64,000 nt of DNA from Lama guanicoe (lineage: Eukaryota): assembly GCA_013239625.1 (NCBI GenBank), contig MU056050.1:304504-368503 (forward strand). Reading direction: 5' to 3'. A model generated the notes under the pieces. That model saw only the letters and a program-made list of their open reading frames with translations. It did no database searches and was not told the DNA's origin. Below, one piece after another: positions 24,401-63,760 of this stretch (position 1 is its first letter; each line of letters begins with the position of its first letter). A program made the position numbers and the translations under genes.

Positions 24401-25866
24401 GGAGGATTAACACTTCCTGATTTCAAAACCTATTAAAAAGCTATAGTAATGAAAAGTGTAGTACTGGAATAACCATCAATATATAGATCAATAGAATAGA
24501 ATCCAGAGTCCAGAAATAAATCCACAGAGCTACGGTCATTTGATTTTCGACAAGGGTGACAAGACCATTCAGTGAGGGAAAGAATAGTCACATCAACAAA
24601 TGGTGCTAGGACAACTGGCTATCCACATGCAGAAGAGTGAAGCCGGACCCCTGTCTAATACCATATACAAAAATAAAGTCAGGTGAGACCAAAGACCTAC
24701 ATGTAAGGAATAAAATTATAAACTTTTACAAGAAAACATAGGGTTAATCATCATGAACTTTGGATTTGGCAATGGTTTCTCAGCTATGACAATAAAGGCA
24801 AAGCAATAAAAGAAAAAATAGATTAATTGAACTCCATTGAAATTAAAAGCTTCTGTACATCAAAAGACACTATCAAGTGAGTGAAAAGACAACTCATAGG
24901 AGAAAACATTGGTAAACCATTTTATCTTATAAGGGTCTAGTATCCCTATATATAAAGAACTCTTACAATAACTAAAACACAAACAATCCATTTTTTTAAA
25001 ATGGCCGAAAGACTTGGATAATTCTCCAAAGAAAATGTACAAATGGCCAACAAGTACACAAAAAGATGCTCAACATCTTTAGTCATTAAGGAAATGCAAT
25101 TTAAAAACCACTTCACAGCTACTAGGATGGCTATAACAAAAAACAACAACAACAACAAAAAAAACCCCCAGAAAATAACAAGTGTTAATGAGGGTTTGGA
25201 GAAATGGAGCCCTTGTATACTACTGCTGAGAATGTAAAACGATACAGCTGCTATAGCAAAGTTTGGTGATTCCTCGGCAAGTTAAGCACAGAATTATCAT
25301 ATAATCCAGCCATTTCATTCCTGAGTATACATACTCAGAAGATCTGAAGATGGGGACTTGAACAGGCATTTGTACACAAATCTTAGGAGCAGCACCATAC
25401 ACAATTGCAAAAGGAGGAAAGAACCAAACATACAACTGATGAATGAATAAAAAGAATGTGGTGTGTGTACACACACACACACACACACAATTCAGCTATA
25501 AAATGGAATGAAATACTGATACATGCTACATCGTGGATGAAACTTGAAAACATCATGCTAAGTAAAAGACACTAGACATAAAAGGACATATATTGTATGA
25601 TTCCATTGATATGAAATATCCAGACTAGGCAAATCTATAGACACAGAAGGTAGATTGATGTTTACCAGAGTCTCGGTGGAGGGGAATGGGGAGTCACCAC
25701 TTAATGGGCACAGGGTTTCCTTTCAGGATGATGACAATGTTCTGGAATAGAGAATGGTGATGGTTGCACAAAATGGCCAACGTACTAAACATCACTGGAT
25801 TGTACACTTTAAAATAGTTACAATGGTAAATTTTATGTATAATTTACAACCAAGTTTTAAAGAAAA
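21425..25866 (+). mobile_element. L1MB-like element, nearly whole degenerate ORF2 plus 3'UTR
   Basis: ORF2 start region ~21742 (aatgtaaatgga), ISIDAEKAFDK (~23610), [20 protein letters not shown]1MB-type tail ggtgatggttgcacaa...tgtacactttaaaa. Confidence 0.92.
23051..23222 (+). mobile_element. Younger L1 3' fragment nested in the L1MB
   Basis: 14-bp TSD aaaacatccccata at 23037-23050 and 23223-23236. Confidence 0.9.
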
Positions 25867-27029
25867 AGTCTTCAAAGATTTCATTACAAGAATTAAAGGA
25901 TAGGTGGAGGATCTGTAGCTTGCAAAATTATTAAGTTCTAATGTGTCTCTGCAGCACATTCTTGTATCAAATAAAAAAGGTTCTACAAAAGGTTAATTTT
26001 TTTTACTATGCTAGACATATATTCTAAGGATTGTTAAAGTATATTATGTATCTGTTCAAAAAAACTTTTAATAAAAAAGAAAAAAAAATTGAACAAAGTG
26101 TTAAATTTGAACCAAGTGTTTCCAAGTAAGTAAATCTCTTCACTATTCAAATGTAAAGCAATTATTTTGTTGGAAACTGAAAAATATTGATAAATGAAGC
26201 ATTAGCAAGGATACCATATAAAGCATAGCTATGCAAATTCCCATTAGAACTGCTTTTTAATGAACAATTTGTTTTGGCAATTTTATGTAGATGAGAGAAC
26301 ACAACATGTTTGTAACACTTCTGCTACTCACAGCACTAAACAGAATGGTCATTAAAACAAAAAATAGGTAATGTAAAAAGATTTATGGATACTAAGATTT
26401 AAAAACAAACTGAAAATCTTGAGACACAGACACTAAATAGAACAAATTTATTTCCTGAATTGTATGCACATGTGTAAGAATTTCAAGAGTATGGCTAGAT
26501 ACCACGTTAAGACCATACAGCAGACTCAAGAACTAGGTCCAAAAAAGCTTCTTGATTTCTTGTTTGTTAAGGTTCATGGGGAACATCTTGACTATGAGAG
26601 TATATGGTCCAGAACTCACATTAAAAGAAAAGGCAGATCAAGTGTCATAACAAAACAAAGAGTATTCATTTAATCTTTTATTCTCCCCGCAACTTCAATC
26701 TAGACAAATTTCATGCTGACTTTATGAAACTATTTGACTTTGAGGACTTCGATGAAACAGTGTTTATACTTGTGCTTGATTTTTCTAAAATACGACATTT
26801 AAGAATAAATACTCACCTTGAGGATTCCTGGGAATTTTACTCATCCTTTACTATATCCTCCCCTCCACACTCCTATAGCATTATCATCAAACCACCACAA
26901 AAATTAAAGAGAAATTTTAAAAATCACAAAATTGACAACTGTGAATTCATTAAAGAAATCATTGGGAAGATTTTAAATTCTGTAAGTTTTATAACTTTCT
27001 TACAATATTTGAATTTTAAAGATCTCCAG

Positions 27030-29204
27030 AAACTTTTTTTAAATAAAAGTTTTATTGGAGAAAAATAGAACCACCACATACACAGGGAAAAAGAGCACAA
27101 AAATTCAACTGATACAGAACTGAAAGTCACAATTATCCAATGCTGTTTGCGATTACTTTTCAATTGCTCAAACAGCTCTCCTCAACTTGTTTAAGTCTTG
27201 ACAATTTTTTTCAGCTGAAATAGCATCAAGTTTTCAAAAAATTAAGAGCCTCAGGGAAGGGACCAGCTTTCAAGATAATGAAGATGACATTAAGAATCTC
27301 CTAATAGGACCAATTCTACCTATAAATTCCTTAAGAGTAACTATTGAGTCTGGTGGAATAGTCTACATCTCAGAGACCATCAGGGATGAGTTAGAACACT
27401 GACATAGATGGTCCAGCATGAAGAGAGGGCAAACAAAAGAGCCGCATTTCCTTGTCAAATAAGCTCATGTAAGGAAATCAGGGAGGAGCTAAAAAATATA
27501 TAGGCAATGGCTGCTCAAAAATAATTAGGAAGGCATTCTAAATACCACATATTGTTAGACAATAGTGTGCAAGTTGATGCAATTAGAGAGAAAACAGGCA
27601 ACTTAAAAAAAATAGCTGGTCATGGGTCTTTCAGAACTCATGAAAACAACAGCAAACGGAAGAGCCAGAAGTCTCCTCAGTTGAGGGTCAGGACCTAGGT
27701 ATTCTTCCTAATGGCTCCAAATGGTCAAGGAAATACACTGTTGCAAAAAGCATTAAAGCAGCTGATTTAAAAAAACAATCAAAATTTTCTGCTTCTCCTT
27801 CAAGATCAATTTTCTTCAAAGCTTCAAGGAAAAAAAAAAAAACAAGGAAGCAAAACAAAACCCCAGAAACGAAAACACAAAAACAAAAAAAACCCACTGA
27901 TGGTAAAGAGAAGCCTTTTACTCATATTATTAATTTGAAAAACAGTATTTTTTCTATTTTCTATGTATGTGAACAGTCAGTCCTAGGACATTCCCTTGAA
28001 AAGAAGATGTCCAGTGGCTATGAGAACTCTTATCTTCAAGCAATTTTGAAAGGAATACGATCAGCATAATACATAATTTGAAATTCCCAACTAGGGGGTC
28101 TGTGGGGAAAAGGAGGGAGGATCTAGTTCTATCCAGGGCTTTAAGAGGTAAAAATAAGGATGATAGGAGAGGCTTATTTGCCAACAAAAATGAGAGTTGG
28201 GGCACTTCCAAAAAAAACTTTGGTAGAGAAAATAGGAATGCTAAATCCCAGGAAGCCTGCAACGATCGACAATTGGTCCAAGTTAAAGACGAAACTGTCC
28301 AAACAACCTTAGAGTCTAAAGAAGTTGAAAACTAGTTTATGAATTTTTGCTCTTGTAAAAAGTTACGAAACATGTGGGTTTTGGTCTCTTTTGCGATGTT
28401 CATATTGTATTCATTTTTAACATGAAGAAAGAGTTGGATTTTTCTCTCCTACCATGTTTTCCTAGTACAACTGATCAGCAATTTTCTATTTCAGCTATTT
28501 TTATAAGTACCTGTTAATCAGCACAGTAAACTCAGGGCTGAGCCATATACACATATCCCACAGTCATAAGTGGAACATTCTAGGATATGTGTATACAAGA
28601 GATTATGTAAGCAACTGTCCCTCTACTTGAAAACTTGTTTCCAAATAAATTTTTAAAAAACATCCCTTTCAGTGTAACAGATCATTACTTAGTAAAATAT
28701 CAATAGCTATGACAACTTATTTTTCTTTTCAAGAGAAATCACAAAACAGGTGAACAACCAAGTCCAGGGTGGTTTTTCTATTTGATAAATACATCCAGAA
28801 CTCTGTACAGTAAATAAAGTCTGCATGCAGTTTAAGTATCTTTAAATGACATTTTAAGCAAATAAACCTTTTGCTTCATAATTAATGGTGTATAAGAACC
28901 TCCCTCCTCCTTTTTGAATAGCCAGAGGGATCTCTTCCCCATTTCCAAACAGGAATCATGAAGACCAGGTACTTTCTTAAGAGTTTTCTGCACATCATAC
29001 TAAATAACATGCAAAGAGTTCAACATCATTCTTTTTAAAGGTAAGTACTCTTTAAATGGGCATGTTAACCACTGAAAAGTCACTCAACTAGTTCCATTAC
29101 ACTGCTTCATTTGGTCATTGGTAGTATAAAAGAAGTCAAATAATAACAGGTTAGTTAATTCACTGGCTACTGCGTATGACATCAAATGCTCCAAGGCCAA
29201 CATT
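27030..29204 (-). other. CUL4B: CUL4B 3'UTR (~2.15 kb; 3' end approximate)
   Basis: Follows the stop codon, no recognisable repeats, long U-rich tract at ~27830-27892, ends at an AATAAA. Confidence 0.7.
27051..27056 (-). terminator. Probable polyadenylation signal AATAAA
   Basis: Plus-strand tttatt; first canonical hexamer I noticed downstream of the stop. Confidence 0.65.
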
Positions 29205-56439
<27,235 letters not shown>

Positions 56440-57132
56440 CTACGTTTATATGCCTGCGTGCGTGTAGGAGAGAAGGTGGCAATGCTAGAGGGGGAAGGGA
56501 AGAAAGAGAGGAGAAACACAGAGGACGAGAGGGAAAGTGAAGGGGGGGGCTCCACCGGGGGAATGGGAGGGTTTGGGAAGGCGGATAGGCTGACACCAGG
56601 AGTGAGCAGAACAAGGGGGGAGAGCGAATGAGGAGGCAGACAGGTAAACGGCCGTGCCGTCCCCCTCCCCTTCTTTTTGGTCTCTCTCCCCCCTTTCTGC
56701 AGGAGCGACTCAGAGAGTCTGTGAGGCTGCAGCTCCTCCTCCTTTTCTCCCTCTCTCTGGGAGGGGAGATGCCGTGGTTGGGGGGAGGGGGAGGGGGAGG
56801 ACCGGAGCTTGTTATTGTCAATAGCACAAGAGGCTAAAGATGGCGACACTTCCGGTCACGCGGAGGCAAGGGAGGGGCGCTGTCTGTCCCCGGGAGTGGG
56901 GGGTGGAGAGAAGCACTGCAGGCGCTCGAGGGGCGGGGGTGCGGGCTCGTGGGGAGGCGGCAGGAAAGGGGCGGCTGTGGTACCCGAAACGTCCGTGCTC
57001 CTTCGCTGGCACTCGCTCTCCCTCCCTCTCCTTCTCCCCTTCCGTAGCAGCACTCCCCTCCCCCGGCGCACCGGTAACTCCCACCCCCTCCTGAACAGTC
57101 CCGCGGGAATCTCCGCGCCGCAACGCCCTTAC

Positions 57133-57160
57133 CGGAAGTGACTGGGCAGACACTTTTCAT
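57133..57160 (-). CDS. CUL4B: Alternative first coding segment MKSVCPVTS(G), splicing to 56387; predicted 902-aa CUL4B isoform
   Basis: ATG at 57160, strong donor CCG|gtaagg (phase 1); acceptor ccaacag|GTTTTTCT at 56387 gives in-frame ...[11 protein letters not shown]. Confidence 0.8.
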
Positions 57161-57294
57161 AGCGCCCAGATCCCGAAGCCCCCAGGTCCGCAGGACTTGA
57201 GGTGGGGGGGGAGAAAAGGGAAGGGGGGGGAGAAGTGGAAAGGGAGGAGGGGGCGGGCCTTCGAGACACCTTCGGAGCTCCTGATTGGCGTTTC
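57133..57294 (-). CDS. CUL4B: Putative 162-nt proline-rich internal cassette exon of a long CUL4B isoform
   Basis: Pyrimidine tract ...ccgcctcgcattcag|GAAAC; open frame NANQELRRCLEGPPPPPFPLLPPLPFSPPPPQVLRTWGLRDLGAMKSVCPVTS; resembles the N-terminal extension of mouse Cul4b as I recall it. Confidence 0.55.
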
Positions 57295-58149
57295 CTGAAT
57301 GCGAGGCGGGCAGGGAGGGGGTGGTGCCGGGAGAAGGAGCGGGAAGGAGCCTGAAGGGGAGGGAAGATGGTGACGGTGAGGGGCGGGGTGAGCCGGCTGG
57401 GAAAAAAGAGGAGGAGGGAGGGAGTAAAAAGTAAGGAGAATGGAAACTTTGAAAGAGATAAAGGAATAAGGAGGGGTTGCAAGGCGAGAGGAGTAACCCG
57501 AAATGGAGGAAAACATAATCATGCCATTATGCCTGCTGCTAGGGAGGAATGTAGTGATAAGATAGGAAAAGAAAAGAAAATGAGCTTAGAAAAAGGAGTT
57601 TATGATTCGGTTGAGCTATAAATTTTCTCTTTTATGTCAAGAACACCGCTGACCCAATACTGAGTTTTGATACCTTTCTCAGTAATGTAGTTGCAAATCC
57701 TTTTACCTTCCTACCAGGAGTATTTTCTAAGATGGCTGGCCAGAGTTAAGGGTGCATTCTAAAGCCAAGAAACAGGAAGGTAACTAACACCCCCTCCCCA
57801 ACACAATTCGCAGGACCAACCCCAACCCCGACCCCTATCAGTGATTAACCCGGTAGTTTACAGACTAAACAAAGCCACTTCTTTTCCTAAATCTCGGTTC
57901 ATACACTTTGCCTTAAAGAAGACGTTTTAGGAGAACAGTACTGGCAGAAGTCAATGTTTTATACCAATACAGTCCATGAACCCAAATTTTAAAATGGATT
58001 ACTCATAAGAACAAACCTCTAAATTTGGTTAAATTAGCAACAATAAACCGTGTAAATTCCCTGTTGAGAGTATTTAATCCGGGGGTATAGGGGGAGGGGT
58101 AGGAGGACACAATGTAAATAAAATCTGCCAACCTGTTGCTCTTTCTAAC

Positions 58150-58650
58150 TGCAGAAACATTTCAATGAGCATGTACTGAAAATGTTTGTATTCCTAACAC
58201 TATACCAAGTTCCTGCATTTGAGAAGCCAGTGGGGGAAGAATTTCAAAATTAACTTCTATAACAGTACTATAACCAGTGTACAAAGTGCTGTAGGAACAG
58301 GGGAAACAAGAATTTGGGGGAATACTTGAATAGAAAGAGCTTCATAGAGGAATTGACGTTTATGCTGGGTCTCAAAGAGGGAGGTGCCAAAAAGACAAGA
58401 GGGGAGAGGGTGAAAGGCATTCTGGGCAGTAGAAACTGGGAAAGCAGGGAGTTGTGAAAGGGCCTGGGTTGTTTATGGAGATATGGCAAGTGCAGTGAGG
58501 CTGGAAATTAATATGTCTGGTTGCAAGTAAGAAAGATGAGGATCTAAGGTGCCTGGCACATGAAGCCAAAAATTTTGGAGTCTACCCTGTAGGCTAGGGT
58601 AGACAGTGTGGAAACCAAACCCGGTTTTTAAAGGCAGGGTAGTGGCAGGA
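58150..58650 (-). mobile_element. L2 fragment upstream of the promoter
   Basis: Purine-rich gcttcatagagga...ggcattctgggcagtagaaac pattern. Confidence 0.65.
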
Positions 58651-61317
58651 TTATGGGTGGAGTAAAAGCAGTTTGAATTGTATAGTCTGAGAGAGACAAA
58701 TCAGAACCCTAAGAATAAATCAGTTTTCTAATTTTGTTTACACTTTTAATTTTTTTTTCCTCTTGAAAAGTCCTTGGTTTTTCAAGCAAATCCTCCTGGA
58801 AAAGTTACCACCTTGGGCCACTATCAGCTTTGTGGTGTTTGATGTCAACAGGCTGAGAGCAAGGTTCTAATGGAATTTAAGCCCCAGGGCCACAGAGAAG
58901 AGAGATAGAGGCCTGAAAGGGGGAAGATGGGCTCCTGTCTGTTTTGAATGTACCATATTGTTCTTCCTGCCCAAAATAAGACTGTAGACTCTTAAGGCCA
59001 GGGAAGGTGTCCTAAAATACTAAACCCTCCTTAATTGTGTCTCACATTTCACACCATGCTGAACAACTTTGTAAATGCAGAGTAAATACTTACTGAGTTG
59101 AGTATTTCATTGAATGAGAATAAAATAATGCATGTCTTCATAAATGAGGATTAACTGGCTACTTTTCAGGATTTAATAATAAAGGTTGTTTTAATTCTTG
59201 TGGTTATATTCCTTAGAAGGATGTTTGGAAGAGCCAGGTGATAATGGCCCAAAGAGTTATTTTTCAAGGATGATCTGCATTTTTTTCAAGGACTTTTCAA
59301 GACCAAGAAAAAAAAAGTGGGCCTTGTTCTCACTCATGTAATTCTATTCCTTAGAAGGGTGTATGGAAGTGCTAACTATTTAAAAAATTACAAATATTAG
59401 TGCCATACAAAGATAGACTTTTATACTAACATACAGGATAGCTGGGTCCTGTTAATATTCAACTACGTACTAGTAATAATAGCTCCCAATCTGACATGAT
59501 TATCTAAGCCCTTTAGTCTTCCGCATTACTTGTTAGTTCTAAAAGCACAGATCCTTGGCTCTTGAACTCTAGCTCACTTTGAATGATCCAGTAGTCTAAC
59601 CTACTGTTTCAGTTCTCCATGAAATACCCTTACGTGAGTTTTGTGGGAAAATATTTTTCTTTTTTTTTCTTAGTGATTAATAATAATTTTCCTTTTCACA
59701 TTTTACAACCTTATTTTATTTTGAGCCAGGTCAATCCTCACATGTTTAGCACACCTTAATATGGATACGTAATTTAAAGAATTTTTTTAAATTTAACTTT
59801 TACATTTTGTGGCACAAACCAACTTAGGTATTACTATATATGAAGTATGAGGACGAGAACTTTGTGTCTTTTTGGAAACTTGGACCAATTTAAAAAGAAG
59901 AAAAACCCATATGACTTTGTAAAACATCTTTTACATCAAGAGTCAACTAACTGGAGCTAGCTGAAACATAAGCATATATACTATATACCTAAATGTTTGC
60001 CATCCAAAATTAAAGACACTCTCAACAATAAAATACATTTTTCAAGGTTAACTCAATGAAACGACAATAATTAAGTCATGACATGTAGGACACCATACAA
60101 TCATGGCCATTATCAGACTAAACCAGATTGGATACTTAACACATATTCCATATACAGAATCTTTCATCTTGTGAGTTCAACTCATACCTTAGAAATATTA
60201 ATTACACTTTACAATGCTGCCAGATCAGGTGTAGTTATTATTGGCCTTCTTTTAATCAAGTAAATAAATAAATCTGTAGCTATTTATAAAGGTAAATATA
60301 TGCATAAAGAAAGAAATACAAACAAAGACAGAGGACTATCTAATGTCCATTCCCCTATTTCTGTAGGCATCTCTAAAAAGGCAGAGTGTAACCTGTTTCC
60401 ATTTTTTGATCACGGGGATTTCCCAGGGTACTTGGTTTGGGGTCTTCTCCAGACATCTCGGAGGAGGAGCTTGTCAGTGACTAGTCACTCCTGGAAGCCT
60501 TGTTATCCATGAGTGAGATTTTCCTTAAAAATAGGAGATACTGCTTGCTCAGGAAAATGTTTCTGCAGCAAGCATTGTTTAAGAATGTGTTCAGAAAAGA
60601 CAACTACTGGGTAAATGATGGTCCATGTTCTCTATCCACTTTTCTGAAGGACCATCTTTGAAGTGGGAGTGGCGGGTGGCATACAGAGGAGTCAAACCAA
60701 GCAGTGGTGACACAGTAAACTTTGTCATAATGAGGGCTTTGTTATGCCATCAGCAGCAAGGGGCTGCTAGGGCATGACTGAGGAGGCCAAAGCTTAAACA
60801 AAGATGATCCAACTACAAAATGTGAATTGACCCTTTGCCCACCCTGGAGTTGATTTATAAAGCAAGGAACTTAATAACAAATGCTTAACCTACGGTGTTC
60901 AATAAAATGTAAATAAATAACACAGATTTCATATTTTTAACAGAATCATTTATCTTCTATGTCAAGTTATGTCAACTGAACATTTACTACTTGAGTATTT
61001 CAACCATTTGAGTACATATTCCCTTATCTCAGAGATTTTATCTGCTATCATACCTGTGAACCAACTGGAAAATAGATTTAAGGACTAACAGGGCCAGGCC
61101 CTGGGGATTTGGGAGTGGGGGACTGGATCAACCACAGACTACTTCTTCCTTTGGTGCTGCCAAGCACTTTTCATGGAGTTGCTGGGCCTATTTTTAGACT
61201 TCTGTTCACTTTATCAATGACTCTCATCCCTCCACCCCCACTCCACTTTAAGGTTTGATCTTCCAATGGCATTCAGCTTTTCTTTTACTCAAGAGCGGGC
61301 CAATTTAGGTTTAAATC

Positions 61318-61497
61318 AGAGGTTCCCAACTCTGGCTGCACAACAGAATTGCCTGGGGAGTTTTTTTAAAAACACCTTTGCCCAGGTCTGAGTCTAGCTC
61401 AACTGAATTAGAATCCTGGTGAGTAGGATCTCAATTATCAGTATTTTTAAGAAGCTTTCTGGATGATCCTACAGAACTCCAGGCTTGAGACCACAGC
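61318..61497. mobile_element. MER5A-type element
   Basis: agaggttcccaactctggctgcacaacagaattgcctggggag...ttgagaccacag. Confidence 0.8.
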
Positions 61498-62249
61498 TAT
61501 AGGTGAAGTAAGTACCACTGTGATTTGAATGAGGCTGATAAGTCTTTGTATTCCCTTTAATGTCTGAAAATTCACAATTATTTATTCATTCCTTTTGATA
61601 AAAATAACCTCATTCTCTAGGAATCCTTTTTTCAAATGCAAATTAGCCAGGGAGACTTAGTTCCTGACTCTTTAAGGTGAATGTTTCTTAGGAACAAAGG
61701 ATAATACAAAAGCCCTAAGTGCCTGGAGGTAAACAGAACTAGGAGTAGGCACTGGCTGTGGCATCTGGGGGAGGGGGGGCCGGGGTTGGGGGGCAGTTAG
61801 TTATCATAAGGGAGGAAAGATTTCTGAAAGTACATTTTGCTGACCTCACAGTGTTGCCTGGGGCCAACCCTGCTTTGAGAGGACTGCATATTTAGGATCT
61901 AGTCAAATCTGACAGCTTATCTTAGCTGCCAAAATCAAGTTAAGAGAAAATTTAAATATTTTTAAATAAGCAAAACAAAGAGTAGACGTTGGGAATGTAG
62001 GTTTGGAGCTATCCATAAATGCCCAACTTCTGAATTATCATTCACCATATGGATGTTTCTATTGCCAAATGATCTGTTTTTCCCGATTCTATTAAATGTC
62101 CTTTATTCCCACAGATAGTATTATCTCTCTTGCCAATTCATTTGGTCATTCAACAGAAATGTATTGAGCAAACTACTGTGAGCAAGACATGGTGGTAGAT
62201 GTCATAAGGGAATACAGAACTGATACAAAATTCCATTTGCAGTTGATTT

Positions 62250-62440
62250 TACAGTTTTTCAAAGTACTTTCACACACAATCTTATTTTAGCCTCATGACC
62301 ACATTGTGAGATAGGTCAAGTGCCATCTCCATTTTACAGATGAGAAACAGGCTCAGGGAAGGAGGTTAAAATGACTTGCCAAAGTCACAAAGCACAGACT
62401 TAAACCAAACCCAGCTTTTCTCTAACTCCAAATACAGTAA
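62250..62440 (-). mobile_element. MIR
   Basis: ccattttacagatgagaaacaggctcag...aaatgacttgccaaagtcac. Confidence 0.8.
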
Positions 62441-63537
62441 TTCCCATAGTTTACAGTTTAGTAAGGAGTCATGCCATAAAATTGTTTCAAGTAATAGACA
62501 AGTTAGGAAAAGACGTTCAGAGCCCCAGTCACCAGGAGAAAAAAATGAGAAATAATAAAATAACACCTTTATTGAGATGAGCCAAATCACAGCACCCAGA
62601 AGGAGACCAAGGTTGAATTAGTTCAGGTTATTGTCAAGCAGGCAGGACACAGCAGCAAGCAATGCACATTCAAGAAGAACGGTGGCAATTTGGTTCTAGA
62701 GAATCAGTCCGTTCCTTGGCTGGGCCCTTACCACTGTTTGGTCTTCACCTGAAGTTAAAACCAGCTCCTCCTAGCCAAATCCAGGGAAACACTGAACAAG
62801 CCTTGCCCGAGGACCTGTTACGATCCCGTCACTGAGTATACAAAGACAACACTTGCCCTTGAGCAGTTCTCTATTGGCCTAGTGGATGAGGCATACAATT
62901 AGAAGACAGAATGGATAAAGGCTGCTATAGGAACACAGAGACACTTGCACAGCCTAGGAAGGTAAGGTGGTGGGGTGGAGAAAGGATAGGGGTGAGGAGT
63001 TAAGAACAGCTTCCAAAGAAAGTAATTAAATTTAAATCCCTGAGGATAAGTGGGAATTAGCCAGGCAAGGGGAGCTGGAGAGAGCAGAGGGTACAAAGAA
63101 AACAGGGAGCACATTTAAATTCTAAAGGTGAGAGAGAATAAGGCATATTCAAGAAATTGCAAGGAGACTAGTTCTCAAGGAATAGTTTCAGTTCTAATCA
63201 GAAACCCTGGAGTGCAGTAGAGAGATTAAGGCAGCAGCCCAGTCTCAAATATGGTACAACAATTCCTAGGCCTCGTAGCACCAGGCCTTACTCCTATATC
63301 CTACTTGCTGTTGGAGCTGTGGCTAGTGATAATAATTCTTGCTCTGAGTCACACTGGTTCAGGAATTGGACTTAAAAGTTGGGCTCTCCTTAGATATAGG
63401 AGCTCAGAATCACAAAGTTGCAGGAGGAAGGGGTGATGAGGCATGAGAAATAAGATACTGAGAAAGAAATGAGATAATACAAATGTATGTATGACCACAA
63501 TACTGAACAATGCTCTAGGAATTCAGATGAATGAGAG

Positions 63538-63760
63538 CAGGGTTTGGGAAATGACGGCCAGTGGACCAAACCTAGCAGGCTGCTTGTCTTTATAAAGAAT
63601 GTTTTATTGGCACACCACCATACTCATTCATCTACATATTTTCTGTGGATGCTTTTGTGCCAAACAACAGAGTTCAGTAGTTACAACAGACCACATGCCT
63701 ATAGAGCCTAAAATATTTCCTATCTAGTCCTTTACAGAAAAAAAAATTGCTGACCCTTGC
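63538..63760. mobile_element. MER58A-type element
   Basis: cagggtttgggaaatgacggcc...cctaaaatatttcctatctagtcctttacagaaaa...tgctgacccttg. Confidence 0.85.

Noticed and set aside
26464..28335. ORFs in or beyond the CUL4B 3'UTR (e.g. 26724-27068, 27954-28262)
   Set aside because: Compositionally biased, no recognisable domain, mostly non-ATG or weak starts.
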